From: Selaginella moellendorffii
Taxonomy: Eukaryota > Plantae > Lycopodiophyta
Assembly: GCF_000143415.4 (NCBI RefSeq)
Contig: NW_003314327.1
Location: 211,116-275,115, forward strand
Reading direction: 5' to 3'
Length of the DNA: 64,000 nucleotides
Of this stretch, positions 11,310-22,979 are shown one piece after another. A program made the position numbers and the translations under genes. The first letter of the stretch is position 1. Each line of letters opens with the position of its first letter. The notes under the pieces were generated by a model, which saw only the letters and a list, made by a program, of their open reading frames with translations, was not told the DNA's origin and made no database searches.

Positions 11310-13346
11310 TCAAGATACCTTCTTTACGTACACCTCGGTCGCCGAAACGAGCCGGTTCCTGTCGACGTACAGCTTAGCTATCCATCCGGCCAGGAAAATT
11401 CCCAGCAAAGCAGCAGTGCTGGACCAAAAGATGACGATCCACTTTGGCATTGGCTTGGGATAGAGACCTGGACGGAGAAAGAACGCGCTCATTGCTGTTT
11501 TCGTCGTCGAAGATGAATAAAGGATGCTTACCTTGGCCGAACTTGACACAAATGAGTACCTCGACAATGCAATTTGCAAGTGATAGCCAGCAAAATGCGC
11601 CAATCTTTTTCATTGGTTTTCTGAAAAAGAAAAAAACACACCACGAGAAGTAAATCAGGAGAAAAGCGGTGAAACTGGAGTACCTGTCCTGAAGGAATGA
11701 ATTGTACTCCCGGATGGCTGGATTGGCTATAAGCCACCACAAGATGAGCCTGTACGAGTTTAGCGGGTTGCGTGGAGGCACCCACAGGCAAAACTTGAGG
11801 AAGAACGCATTGAGCTCCACGGTGAGGACAATGACAACAAGCCCAAGCACTTGGACAAAACGTAACGGGCCAGAGAGAGGATTCCATTCGTCTTTGTCCC
11901 AGTTTGCTGGAGTGAATTGACTTAGTGAGCGTCTCACCTGAAAAAGTTATGAATGTTTATATGTTTAGATCTCCGATGTTTCACTTCTCACCTTCCCCAT
12001 TATGGTTGGCTGACGACTCAATCCAACCCACTCGTAAGTTTTTCCATCAAAGTACCGGACGGTTTTCATGCCAGACCAGATCCCTGTGACTCACAGAATT
12101 AAAACCAGACATTTTCATACAAAGGAGAATTACGTACCAAACCAGTTGCAAATAAGAACGTCGAGAATGATACTGTCCCACCAACATTCATTGAAGTTCG
12201 GTAGCATATGGTTAAACGTCACCTGAAAGAAAATGTTCCAAGGTTTTTGGCAACGCTACTCTTTTAGATATTTACCTCCATCATCTCGAAGCCGATAGAA
12301 AGCATCCACAAAATTGGAAGACTACGTAGCATGATAGCTTTTGCCCACCATCCCAGGACATGAGCAATAACAAATTCATCAAACAGAGTATCCTGGAAAA
12401 CAAACAGACACACAGAAATTAGTGTTCAGCTTCACGATAGTTATGACATTCATACATAGACATTCTTAAACTTGTTGGGATCCTCGGGTGTGTAGATTCG
12501 GCAGTCTCCTCCATATGACCTTTCGGGAAGCTCTGAAAGAACAAAAGAAAAAAGAAAAAAGAAAAAAAGTAAGACAACTTCCAGCTACACGAGCAAAGAA
12601 AAGACTTGCCAATTCCGAGATCCGGATGAATATATTTCATAAATTGCCTTGCATCGTCTCTTTTCTGCAGAAAGAGCAAACAATTCAGCGGAATAAAAAC
12701 TGAAAGGAAGAAGTGTCAAATACCTGGAACAAAAGGAAGGTGAGGAACACTAGATAAACCACTGCGACGCCATGGATCATTCTCCAAAACGCAGGATGCG
12801 GTCGTATCAAGATCCTGTGAAGTGATAAAAGACGAAGAAAGAAGAATGAAATCGCAGCACTGAAAATGCTTACGTGGGAGGAGCTTGGAGTAAGCAATAT
12901 CCTAAGAACACGGCGATCATGGCCCATACTCCTCTAGAAAAATTGGAACTCGATCAATCCACTTCAACCAAAAGAAAGAATGAAGGAAACGAAAGAGCTT
13001 ACCTCGTACCATTGACAGCGGCATTCTCGTCGGAGATCTCCGGTTGAAGCGCACCGCTGGCCCATCTACAAGAAAAAATTTCCAGAAAAACGAGTATGAT
13101 CGTAGCAGCTGCGGCGATTCTTTCTTACATGAGAGCGCAAACGCCGGCAATGAGCACGGAGATCGTGCGTGGATGATACGCCCAGGCCGTCCAGGGATCC
13201 AAATCGCTCACTACAACAACCGGAGGAGGATCATCCAGCACCAAATCCGATCTCCCGCGCTGCTGGCGATGCTTCTTCCGGTGCTCCAGGGCAGAAATCA
13301 ACAGAGCGCCATCGCTGCTCGCCACGGCGCCATCGCTACTCGCCAT
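11310..13346 (-). CDS. PSS1: Phosphatidylserine synthase (base-exchange type), multi-exon
   Basis: [67 protein letters not shown], typical of plant PSS1; GT-AG introns. Confidence 0.94.
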
Positions 13347-13441
13347 CTGGCAGGAACAAGTGAAATATTTTTAGGGCTCTTCAAGGCATTTGGAGATATC
13401 CCAATGCGGGATTCCTTGATCCGCTAGAAGAGAATCGATCG

Positions 13442-14185
13442 ATGGGAGGATCGTCGAGGAAGGTCTTGCGCCTGCTAGCGCGGATCAAACAGGATGGATT
13501 CCTCACACCAGATGAGCTCCAGGCCGCGGCCGCTGCCAAGGCGAAGATCTCGCGCTCACAGGCGCTGCGAAATTACGAGGAGCTCCGCGAGCAAGGGAAA
13601 TCGCCCAGTGCCTGGGATGTCTCCGCGGCGCTGATGGCGTGCGGGAGCTATAGGGATCTGGAAACCGGCCAGAGGATCCACGCAGAGATTGGAGTGGCGA
13701 ACGATCCCAAGAACACCATCGCGGCATCGCTGGTGGCGATGTACGCGAAATGCGGCAAGATGGGCGAGGCGCAGCGGCTGTTCGATTTGATGGGCGCGAG
13801 GAAGAAGCCGCTTCTGGCGTGGAACGCCATCGTCCTGGGCTATGTTCGCGCCGGGAGGAGCGATCGAGCTCTGGAGATCTTCCATTCGATGCAAATGGAG
13901 GGCGTGAGGCCGGACGAGAGGAGCTTCTTGGCCGCTATCGGGGCTTGCGCGTCGCTGGCGGTGGATCCAGGCGCGGATCAAGAAGAAAAGAAAAACATTT
14001 CGGATCGAGTGAGAAGAATCCACGGTCTCCTGGAGAAGAAACTCATGAACACGCGAGCTTGCTCGATCGTGACGGCAGCACTGGTGGATGCGTACACGAA
14101 GTGTGGGAGCATCGAGGAGGCGAGAGTAGTGTTCGAGACAATGCCCAAGAGAGATGATCTAGGGTTTTATGTGAGAGAGCTATAA
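13442..14185 (+). CDS. Short PLS-class PPR protein (possibly truncated)
   Basis: Intronless 247-aa ORF with SLVAMYAKCGKMGEAQRLFD, AWNAIVLGY, ALVDAYTKCGSIEEARVVF; ends mid-array with no E/DYW domain. Confidence 0.8.
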   Translation: MGGSSRKVLRLLARIKQDGFLTPDELQAAAAAKAKISRSQALRNYEELREQGKSPSAWDVSAALMACGSYRDLETGQRIHAEIGVANDPKNTIAASLVAMYAKCGKMGEAQRLFDLMGARKKPLLAWNAIVLGYVRAGRSDRALEIFHSMQMEGVRPDERSFLAAIGACASLAVDPGADQEEKKNISDRVRRIHGLLEKKLMNTRACSIVTAALVDAYTKCGSIEEARVVFETMPKRDDLGFYVREL

Positions 14186-14256
14186 ACCCTAAAATTAACC
14201 TTTTACATAGTTATAGACCCTAATACTCAAAAAGGCGATGGCAAATTGTGGAGGAA

Positions 14257-16203
14257 ATGCTAACCATTGAGCTTATCAACCAATGCAGCCATCTTGCTCA
14301 AGCAAGGAGACTCCACCAAGCAATCTTGCAAAACGAGCACAGTGATAACGTATTCGTCTTGAATCTTCTCATCCAAATGTATGGCAAATGCGGCAGCCTA
14401 GAAGATGCTCATCTCGTCTTTGACAGCATCGGGCAGAGAAAACAGAATCTCTTTTCATGGAACATTCTCGTCCAGGCATATGCCCACAACGGGCATCCAA
14501 AAGCCGCTCAAGGAATATTCGATAGCATGCCCATGAGGGACTTGGTATCTTGGACAGCGCTGCTAGGAGCATATTCTCAGGCAGGGAATGTAAGAGATGC
14601 CCACTGTATACTAGACCAGATGCCCGAATGGGACACTGTCTCTTGGAACGCAATGCTCACGGCATATTCCCAAATTGGGCATCTGGACAAAGCTGGGGGC
14701 TTGTTCCAAGCCATGCCCGAGAAGAATTTAGTCTCCTGGAATGTGTTGCTCTTGGCATATGCCCAATCACGGAATATTTCTGAGTTGCTCGCTGTGTTTT
14801 CAAAGATGCCACAGAGGAATGTGGTATCATGGAATATATTCCTAGAGGCACATGCAGAGGACGTAGGATCAGGTAAACGAATCTTCGATGGAATGCCGCA
14901 ATGGGATCTGGTGACATGGACAACTATGGTCCGGGCGTATTCCAGTGCTGGGCATATGCGGGAATCCCAAATCGTGTTTGATAGCATGCCTGTACAGGAC
15001 ATAATCGTATGGAACGCTCTTGTGGCTGGATATGCCCAAAACGGGCATATTCTTCAAGCAAAGGAGTGTTTTGATAAAATGCCCAAATGGAATACTATGT
15101 CATGGAACATTATCATAGCAATGTATGCCCAAAACAGTCTCACCGACAAAGCAAAGCAAATGTTTCGAAACTTGGCTTACCGAAGCATCATGACCTGGAA
15201 CATCATGATCGTGGCTTACACGCAGCAAGGATTGATCGATCAAGCAAAGCTCATCTTCGATCAAATGCCAATCCACGACGTAGTTTCCTGCAATACTTTG
15301 ATAGCAGCCTTCGTCCATGACGAAGCTCGAGCGTTGCAAGTCTTTGAAACGATGGAGCAAAAGGATATAGTAACTTGGACGTCGATTCTCCAAGTTTTTC
15401 TCAGCGAGGATGGCAGCGGCCTGGAGCGAGCAAAGCTCGTCTTTGACACCATGATGCCCGAGTGGAACGCCATCGCCTGGACCTTGATGGTCTCTGCGTG
15501 TGGAAACCGAGGACGTCTCGAGGAAGCCCGATGGATCGTAGAGACCGCCCCCGAGAGAGATATCCGGCTCTGGAACTCAATGCTTTCCGCCTATTCCCAG
15601 TGCCACCACCTCCAAGAAACTCTCGAAACTTTCTCGAGAATGCCGCAGCGAGACGTTGTGTCCTGGAACTCGGTGATGGCGGCGTATGCCCAAGACGGTC
15701 ATATCAGCGCTGCGAGGAAGATACTGGAGAGGATGCCCGAAAGGAACGTCGTTTCCTGGGATACCATGGTAGCAGCCTATGCCCAGAGAGGTGACACCGA
15801 TCGATCGCTGCAAGCTTTCCTCTCCCTGCTGCTCGAGGGACTCCAGCCCGACGAGATGACTTTCCGGAGCGTTCTCACGGCGTGTAGCTACGTTGGAAGC
15901 CTGGAGGAGAGCTTAAGCCGCTTCCACTCGATGAGTAGCGACTTTGGTCTGGCACCTCGGCGCGAGCACTGCTCCTGCATTGTCGATCTTCTCGGGCGAG
16001 TGGGGCAGCTCCAGGACGCCGAGGAGTTCGTCACCAGTCCAGATTCTTCGCCGGCTAGCTCGGCTTCCTGGGGAGCGCTGCTGGGAGCCTGTAAGATTCA
16101 TTCGGACCCCGAGAGAGGAGCACGAGCAATAACGCATTTCACCAAGCTGGATCCCGAAAACTCTGCTCCATACTTGCTACTGGCAAGCACACTAGAATCG
16201 TAG
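14257..16203 (+). CDS. PLS-class PPR protein with long array of short 31-aa motifs and partial E domain (organelle RNA-editing-factor-like)
   Basis: Repeated (F/L)D.MP..D.VSW...L.AY units; ends HCSCIVDLLGRVGQL...WGALLGACKIH...PYLLLAS. No DYW domain. First ATG 14257 (ORF track starts at GTG 14248). Confidence 0.92.
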   Translation: MLTIELINQCSHLAQARRLHQAILQNEHSDNVFVLNLLIQMYGKCGSLEDAHLVFDSIGQRKQNLFSWNILVQAYAHNGHPKAAQGIFDSMPMRDLVSWTALLGAYSQAGNVRDAHCILDQMPEWDTVSWNAMLTAYSQIGHLDKAGGLFQAMPEKNLVSWNVLLLAYAQSRNISELLAVFSKMPQRNVVSWNIFLEAHAEDVGSGKRIFDGMPQWDLVTWTTMVRAYSSAGHMRESQIVFDSMPVQDIIVWNALVAGYAQNGHILQAKECFDKMPKWNTMSWNIIIAMYAQNSLTDKAKQMFRNLAYRSIMTWNIMIVAYTQQGLIDQAKLIFDQMPIHDVVSCNTLIAAFVHDEARALQVFETMEQKDIVTWTSILQVFLSEDGSGLERAKLVFDTMMPEWNAIAWTLMVSACGNRGRLEEARWIVETAPERDIRLWNSMLSAYSQCHHLQETLETFSRMPQRDVVSWNSVMAAYAQDGHISAARKILERMPERNVVSWDTMVAAYAQRGDTDRSLQAFLSLLLEGLQPDEMTFRSVLTACSYVGSLEESLSRFHSMSSDFGLAPRREHCSCIVDLLGRVGQLQDAEEFVTSPDSSPASSASWGALLGACKIHSDPERGARAITHFTKLDPENSAPYLLLASTLES

Positions 16204-16307
16204 CACGCTATGCGTCGGTGACTTAAAAGACCTTTTCCACACGAAAAAGAAAAACCATTAGCACTGTGGAGTGGACGATCGCGCAAAGAAGTCTCACCTT
16301 GGGCGAA

Positions 16308-18512
16308 CTATGTAGGAGGCCAACGCAGGAACTTTAGTCCTCTCAAGCTCGAAGGCATGTAGTCCTGCTCCACAGGACCACTGTGAGACGGAGGATAAAT
16401 GTAGCCCTTCGCGTATCCAAGATCTTTCATGAGTTTGGTCGGAGCATTCCTGAGATGGAGTGGAACCGGCTCGTTCTGGCCCTTCTCACGCACGTACTGC
16501 TGTGCTGCTTGGATCGCTTGGTAGACCGCCACGGACTTTGGAGCCAAGGCCAGATAAACCACGCACTGCGCGAGATGGACGTTGCACTCGGGCATTCCCA
16601 GGAAGTGGCAAGCTTGATAGCACGCAATGGCCTGTGGTAGCGCCTGTGGATCGGCCAAGCCAACGTCCTCGCTCGCGAATCTGACCAGCCTTCGTGCGAC
16701 GTAGAGCGGGCCTTCGCCACCTTCCAGCATCCGTGCAAGCCAGTAAATAGAAGCATCAGCGTCGCCTCCTCTCATCGACTTGTGGAGAGCACTGATGATG
16801 TTGTAGTGCTCCTCGCCGGTCTTGTCATAGAAGACGTGGGAGCGTTGCAGTGCGTCCTTAACATCTGCTAGCGTGACCACCATCACTGACTTGTCGATCT
16901 CTGTTTCTAGCGTCGCAACTCGTCTATCCAACACTTCTCTGTCCATGCTTGTTCCATCGGCCTCTTTGTCAGCTTCTATCACTGTTGCTGCTGACGCTAC
17001 GAATGCCACTCCGGCAGCGGCAGTCACGTTCTTCCCACCAACAAATTTCTTGAAAGGCTTTGTGTACTCTTGCTGCGAGTGCTGGACGTTCTCCTTTAGA
17101 ACTTCCAGGATGTTGAAAGAATCTCGCTTCATGATCTTTTCCACTCCACTGGGCTCTTTCCTCAAAGTTCCAGTCCTGTTATCCCACTCGCCAGGAGCAG
17201 CATTGCCAGTAGCAGCATCACGTCTAGAAGGCGACGGAGTGTTGTCCATCTTCGCAGCTGGAAGAACACTCTCCAAGGCGGCTTCGCCACTCTGGAACCT
17301 GGAGCTCGCTGCTAGAACGGCTATCTCCAGAGTGTTGAGTGCTGCCCGAGCGTCTCCATCGGCTGCCGCCGCTAGAAAAACCACGGCATCGTCTTCCACG
17401 CGCAGCATCTCTGGCGAGCTGATGCCAGCGGAGACTATAACACCTTTCTCCTTGTCCAAGACAGCCCGCTTGATAAGTTTCTCCAGATGCTCGGGAAGAA
17501 GCTTGTTCATTGTGAGAACTTTGCACCTCGAAAGCAGTGCCGCATTGATCTCGAAGGACGGGTTCTCAGTCGTGGCTCCCACGAAGACAACATGCCCAGC
17601 TTCCACGTATGGAAGAAACGCATCTTGCTGAGCTTTGTTGAACCTGTGAACCTCGTCCAGGAAGAGCAAAGTTCGCTGCCCATACTTCTTGGCCTTCTTG
17701 GCCTCCTCTAAAACCTCCCGGACCTCTTTCACCCCGCTCGTCACCGCCGAGAGCGCCACAAACCGGTAAGAAACCGTCGACGCAATCGCCCGAGCAAGCG
17801 TCGTCTTCCCTGTTCCTGGAGGACCCCAGAAAATCACCGAAGCCAGTGAATCGCCCTCCAAGAGGCTCTTCAAGATGCCTCGAGGCCCAAGAAGATGATC
17901 CTGCCCGAGTATGTCGTTCACACTCGTCGGCCTCATCCTCTCCGCAAGAGGAACCGCGGCCTTGGAGTTTTTCTTCGCCACCTTTGTCGAAAGAAACGGG
18001 AAAGATTTCTGCTGAGGAGGCGGCGGCGATGGCTGCTGTTCTTCGTCTTGCTTTAGCTTCTTCGCCGGAGGCTCCACCAGAGCTGGCTGCTTCTGGACCT
18101 TCGCTACGCCACCTCCAACATCCGCATCCGCGCTCTCGAAAACTCTATCAGTGATCGTCAGAACTGTCCGCGTGGTAGTAGTAGCCTCGTCGTCCTTGCT
18201 CTTGAAAAAACTGTTCTTGCGAGTCACAATCTTCTTCTGCGATGGAGCCTCCTTCCCTCCATTCTCTCCATCCGTGATGGCGACGAGAGCTTTCGAAGTG
18301 CTGGCCGCGAAGAACTGATCCACTCGTCCCTGGTGCTGCTGCCGCGAGGGAGTAGTAGTAGCAACACCGGCATTCCCAGCGCCGACGATCCCATCCGACT
18401 TCCTCTGGTTGAGAATCCACTCCGTGGCCTTGTACGTCGACTTCCCCCCGGTGGCCGCCAGCGCCTGCGCCGCGAGCTCACGGCTAAACCCCATGTCAGT
18501 CAGGTAATCCAT
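16308..18512 (-). CDS. WRNIP1/MgsA(RarA) family AAA+ ATPase with N-terminal UBA domain
   Basis: Intronless 734 aa: UBA (LTDMGFSRE...ATEWIL), PLAERMRP, Walker A GPPGTGKT, Walker B LFLDEVHRFNKAQQD, MgsA C-terminus HYNIISALHKSMRG, VPLHLRNAPTKLMK. Confidence 0.95.
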   Translation of the reverse strand: MDYLTDMGFSRELAAQALAATGGKSTYKATEWILNQRKSDGIVGAGNAGVATTTPSRQQHQGRVDQFFAASTSKALVAITDGENGGKEAPSQKKIVTRKNSFFKSKDDEATTTTRTVLTITDRVFESADADVGGGVAKVQKQPALVEPPAKKLKQDEEQQPSPPPPQQKSFPFLSTKVAKKNSKAAVPLAERMRPTSVNDILGQDHLLGPRGILKSLLEGDSLASVIFWGPPGTGKTTLARAIASTVSYRFVALSAVTSGVKEVREVLEEAKKAKKYGQRTLLFLDEVHRFNKAQQDAFLPYVEAGHVVFVGATTENPSFEINAALLSRCKVLTMNKLLPEHLEKLIKRAVLDKEKGVIVSAGISSPEMLRVEDDAVVFLAAAADGDARAALNTLEIAVLAASSRFQSGEAALESVLPAAKMDNTPSPSRRDAATGNAAPGEWDNRTGTLRKEPSGVEKIMKRDSFNILEVLKENVQHSQQEYTKPFKKFVGGKNVTAAAGVAFVASAATVIEADKEADGTSMDREVLDRRVATLETEIDKSVMVVTLADVKDALQRSHVFYDKTGEEHYNIISALHKSMRGGDADASIYWLARMLEGGEGPLYVARRLVRFASEDVGLADPQALPQAIACYQACHFLGMPECNVHLAQCVVYLALAPKSVAVYQAIQAAQQYVREKGQNEPVPLHLRNAPTKLMKDLGYAKGYIYPPSHSGPVEQDYMPSSLRGLKFLRWPPT

Positions 18513-18960
18513 GGCGCCAGCGCCCGATCACGTCCGCGCCCTAGCCTAGATTCTCGATCGCTCAGCTCAATCCATACCGCATTTCCGCTCGCGCGCCGCG
18601 CGATCTCAATCCCTCCCACGCTTGGCTTGCCCGGACCTAATAAGCGATTGTCCCGTCCGTACAGACACGTCAGCGATAATAATTTCTTGCCAGTAGTGGC
18701 TGGGCGATTTCTTCCTTTCGCTGTCGCCCTGTCCAAAATGTATAGTGGATTGGATTTATAGACAAAGATCGATAAATCGATCCTCTCGCGAAAATTATTG
18801 ACACATTCTTTGTAATGCCACAGCTAAAGTTTCTACGGGTAGAACTATAAAACGTTTGTTCTTTCCTCCAGCGCGAGCGAGCGAGCGAGCGAGAGAGATC
18901 TTCTTCCACCGACACGTTGAATGGAGAAAAAAACTCTCTCTCTCTCTCTCCTTTTTCTCT

Positions 18961-20817
18961 TTACTCCTGTTTGTCCTCCTCTGTATCGTCCAGGCCAAAC
19001 TTCTTCTCCTTGTCTGGCTTGAGAACAGCCTTTTCGATGTCAAACGAGTTTTTTAGTGTCCCCGTAGTCAGGCCGACAGCTTCGTCCTCGTCAAACTTCT
19101 CGGTGGATTCGTCCGAGTATGCGTAGCTGCGAAAGCACGGAAGTGTCAATTCGATTTCAATTTGGGAGTTTGTTTTTTGTCTTGATGATTTCATACCGCA
19201 TTGAGTTTTGTGATGGAGCCCAGAGGACGCAAAGTACGCAGAGCAGGAGGAACGAGACGACGTTCCAAAACGCCGAGATGACCCACGCGTTTTGCCAGTT
19301 CTCGCCGAATGGATCGGAAGCCTTGAAGTACAACTGCATTGTAAGAATGATTGTGAGTTTGTTTCCAAACAGAACAAGGATGTAAAACAAAGGAAAGAGA
19401 AAAACTAGCCTCGTAGCCAATCCATGCGACGGAGGCTATCACCGCCAATGTTAATGAGTTCGTGAAGCGTCTGTAGAGCTCCAGCTTGACAACGAGCTTC
19501 CTCGCCTAGATTGACAGCAGAGATTGTCAAAGGATGAAAGAACAGCAGCTTTGTTCTTACCTGAAGCTTCTCCAAAGTTTTTGAGAGCGAGTTGAAGATC
19601 CATAGGATGAAGAACGCGTCCAGTATTGCCACAGGCAGAACCAGCAGCAGCCTTGTCTTATTTGACATCTCGTCAATCCTCCCGACATGTTCGACCACGT
19701 CCATAGTCTCCAAGGCTGCGAAGTAAGTCGTGCCGAGGAGCAGAACCTTGGAAGTAAGACCACCTAGCGTTGGACGCACCACACCGTATCCCATCGAAAC
19801 AACCAGCACCAAAAGCCGAGCGATGGTCTTCTTGAGTGCACCGATTGTCACAGCCCATATAGTTATACCCATGGGCCTGCCTCCTCGGATGTTAAAGTTG
19901 GCGTAGTCGAAGTACCAGAAGGACATCTCGGTCATCCCAAGCCCAATGACAAGCGTGATCCAGTTTTGAAGCTGCAAGATATCCTTCCAGAACCTCGAGT
20001 ATTGAAGAAACCATACCAGCCCGAGTGCCAAGTAAGCCAGTGACATGAATCCGTAGAACGTCATGAGAGCCACCATTCTTCCCGGCAGGTATCCGTGCGG
20101 GTTCTTCCACACGGTCTTGCCATCGATCATCAAGCCGTCGAGCTGAGGATCGCAGTAGACGAAGTAGAGAATGTACATGCCTGACTTTGTGATCTTGACT
20201 TCCTCCACTCCCATGGTGGTGGTGAGATCGTTGCCGCGGAAGAACACATTGATGGCTTTCGGAGATCCCGCGTTCTCGGGGTTGTGACGGAGTATCACCT
20301 CTCCCTGGTTGCAGCCAACGTCCCTGGCGAGATCTGGAGTGCAGCAAAGCGCGAGGTGACCACCGTACAGAGAACCCCCGAGCAAATCTCTGTCCGCAAC
20401 GTCGAAAACCACAGCTTGGACCAGCCCAGATTTGTGCTCTGACGCTGCATGCTTGGCAGCGGCTTCTTCCGTGCGAGTGAAAGTCACCGAGTGATCAAAC
20501 CTGGCACAAACAAAGAAAAAAACAAAGAACGAAAGCACGATGTGAGTATGGATTAGAAAAAAAAACTCCAGGCTTCTTGGAGCTCAATAGTACCTGATGT
20601 AAGAACGACCGTTGCCAATCCCAGATCTATTAGCATTCGACGTGCTCGCATAGATTCCTTCGCTGCCGCCAAAGAAAATGTAGGCATTCCCTTGCCCGAC
20701 AAAGTGTTCGTGCACGTATTCGTGGACGGACGCATCTGTGGACCAAATGCAAATGGCCACCACAGCCAGCGCCAGAATCCCGCCCATTCCTCGCAGCCCT
20801 AGCTGGAAATCCCCCAT
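18961..20817 (-). CDS. Lung seven-transmembrane receptor family protein (TMEM87/GOST-like)
   Basis: Signal peptide, ASVHEY, CCTPDLA..GC, GKTVWKNPHGYLPG, LVVSMGYGVVRPTLGG, LWAPSQNSM, YAYS; multi-exon. Confidence 0.92.
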
Positions 20818-21241
20818 CCCTGAGCCGAGAACCGAAGATTACCTAGAATTCCAATGCAGATCCCGCTGGATCACGCCCGCATTGCGCGAGAATCCCCGGA
20901 ATTTCGCGCAGATCTTGCCGATTCACGCCTGCATTGTCCCCAGGGCGCGACGATCCAGCGATAGACCTTGCCTGGAGCCTGCCGCTCGAGAATTCCTCAC
21001 GGGAATTCTACCTGGACAACGCCGTGATCATACCGATGCGCTTGGCATGAACAAGAAAGAAAGAGGGCTGGAAGGAAACACCGACTGGTTTCCACTCTAA
21101 AGCGTACGAAAGCGAGTGAGATTCGTGGCCTGTGGCCCAATATCGTTAGGTGACTGTACGAAAGGGGGTGTATGGTATATATCTGGGGCCCGATATCGAA
21201 CCACCACCGGCTGGTGTGACATCAGTGCGAACACATCTGGA

Positions 21242-21353
21242 CCGTTTGATTTCAACGGCTTAGATCTCTTCCGGCCGAGGTTCCGTTAAAATCCTGTGTT
21301 TTACCGGTCCCGTTAAAAAACTCTGTTATGTGTGCGCGGGATTCTTAGGGTTT
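21242..21353. promoter_or_regulatory. Cluster of four MSA-like (AACGG) elements plus telobox upstream of the coiled-coil gene
   Basis: CCGTT 21242-46, TTCAACGGCT 21251-60, CCGTT 21283-87, CCGTT 21310-14; TTAGGGTTT 21345-53. Confidence 0.6.
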
Positions 21354-21445
21354 GGGCGCGGCTTAGCTGGAGCGATCGACTGATCGCTGAGGTTTCGATC
21401 GATCTAGAGCCGCATTCTAGGTAGCTTGCAAGATTTGTCACGGCG

Positions 21446-22979
21446 ATGGATGGAATCGAAGCTGTGTATGGATCTTCCCGCGGAGCTCTTCGAAATCTCA
21501 CCAATCGGACGAGGCGGCCCGGCCCCCCGGGGGGCCTGACGTTCGATCCGTTTGTCTGGGAGGATAATCAGCATCGCGGAGGCGGGGCATGGCTTTCCAG
21601 GACGCCGGTGCGTTGGGATCGCGAGATTCAAGAGATTTCTCCCGCCGGTCCGGTGGGATCTCCGCGAGAGGCCAGTCCTTCTGGCGTCCAGAACCTCATG
21701 CTCAATGCCAAGGACAAGGAGGCTTTGCTGGAAGAGTCGATCAGGCTGAAGCAAGCGATCCACTGCCAGGATTTCTTTCTTCGCCGGGACAAGGTCCACG
21801 TTTCAACTGTGGAGATTGAGAATCGGTAGCTACTTGGAGTTTGGATTTCTTATCTGGCTTTTCTGACGAATCGAGCTTCTATGACAGGAAGCTCGGGTTT
21901 GATATCAAAGACATGGAAACGCAAGGAAACATCAAGTCTCCACCCCGTGGAAGAAGCATACGTACCAGACTTAAAGGTAGAAGGAAAATCTAGCGTAGCT
22001 CGAGGTTTTTTTCTTTTCATAGAACTTACAATGCTCCTTGTTCTCTTTTTTTTTCTCTCTTACGCAGGACTAAAGATAAGATACGAAGACATGCGAGCTG
22101 TGTGCGACGCGCAATTTGACGAGCTATCCACGCTGCGAAGGGATTCACGGCCAACGGCGATTCAAGTAAGAACGAACTACTACTACTTCAGAACGTTTCA
22201 AACTAACCAGAGACATTAGGCTTGTCATAAAATCTCAGGAAATGGAGATGGACCGAGACGCGCTGCACTCTGAGGTTTCCAGGTTGCACAGAGACGTTAC
22301 CGGGTTGAAAGCAGTCCAAAACGCTCTCAAATGCGAGCAGAAAGGCTTGTTTTGCATCAAGGAGAAGGCAGACGAGCTGGAAGAAGTCAACCACACTTTG
22401 GAAAAATGCATGGACGTGAGTAAACCAGATTCGGAACACTTCTGATATTCGTTCTATCAGGCCGTAAACAAGGAGCTTGCAAGAACAAGCCACGACATGG
22501 TTGTGTTCAACCAGAAAATGATCGAATCGGGCCTGGAGGCGAGAAGAAATGCAAAGAGATTCAAAGACTTGGAGGAACACACGGCAGCACTGAAGATCCT
22601 TATCGAGAGGGAGAAATCCGAGAGGATAGATCTGGACAAACAGCTGGTGGGATTGGAGCAGCAGGTCAAAAAGGCCGACCAGGAGCTAGTTTGCAAAGCA
22701 ACAACAAAGCCCAAGGACGAACCTCTCGCGAGCGCAGCGTCAAAGCAAGGAACCGCCGCCGCCACTACTGCTACTGCCGCCAAAGGACTGAAGAAGGCTG
22801 CGAGCAAACCACCAACACCAACGCCGGGAAAGCTAGATCCGGCGCTCAAACCATCGACAGCTCCAGCTCCATCGAGATCCAGAGCCGCGACGACCAAAGC
22901 GAGCTCGATCAAGCCCGCTGCGTCAACCAAAGTTGCTGCTACTAGTACCACTGGAGTTTCCAAAAAGCAACGAACTTGA
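21446..22979 (+). CDS. Uncharacterised coiled-coil protein with N-terminal D-box-like motif and basic Ala/Lys/Thr-rich tail
   Basis: ORFs 21446-21829, 21881-22219 (part), 22242-22445 and 22497-22979 join through short GT-AG introns; heptad-rich middle; RGALRNLTN at aa 12-20. Confidence 0.75.

Noticed and set aside
14171-14257. Intron joining the two PPR ORFs into one gene
   Set aside because: The candidate donor (GTGAGA) with nearby AG acceptors gives a stop or the wrong frame.
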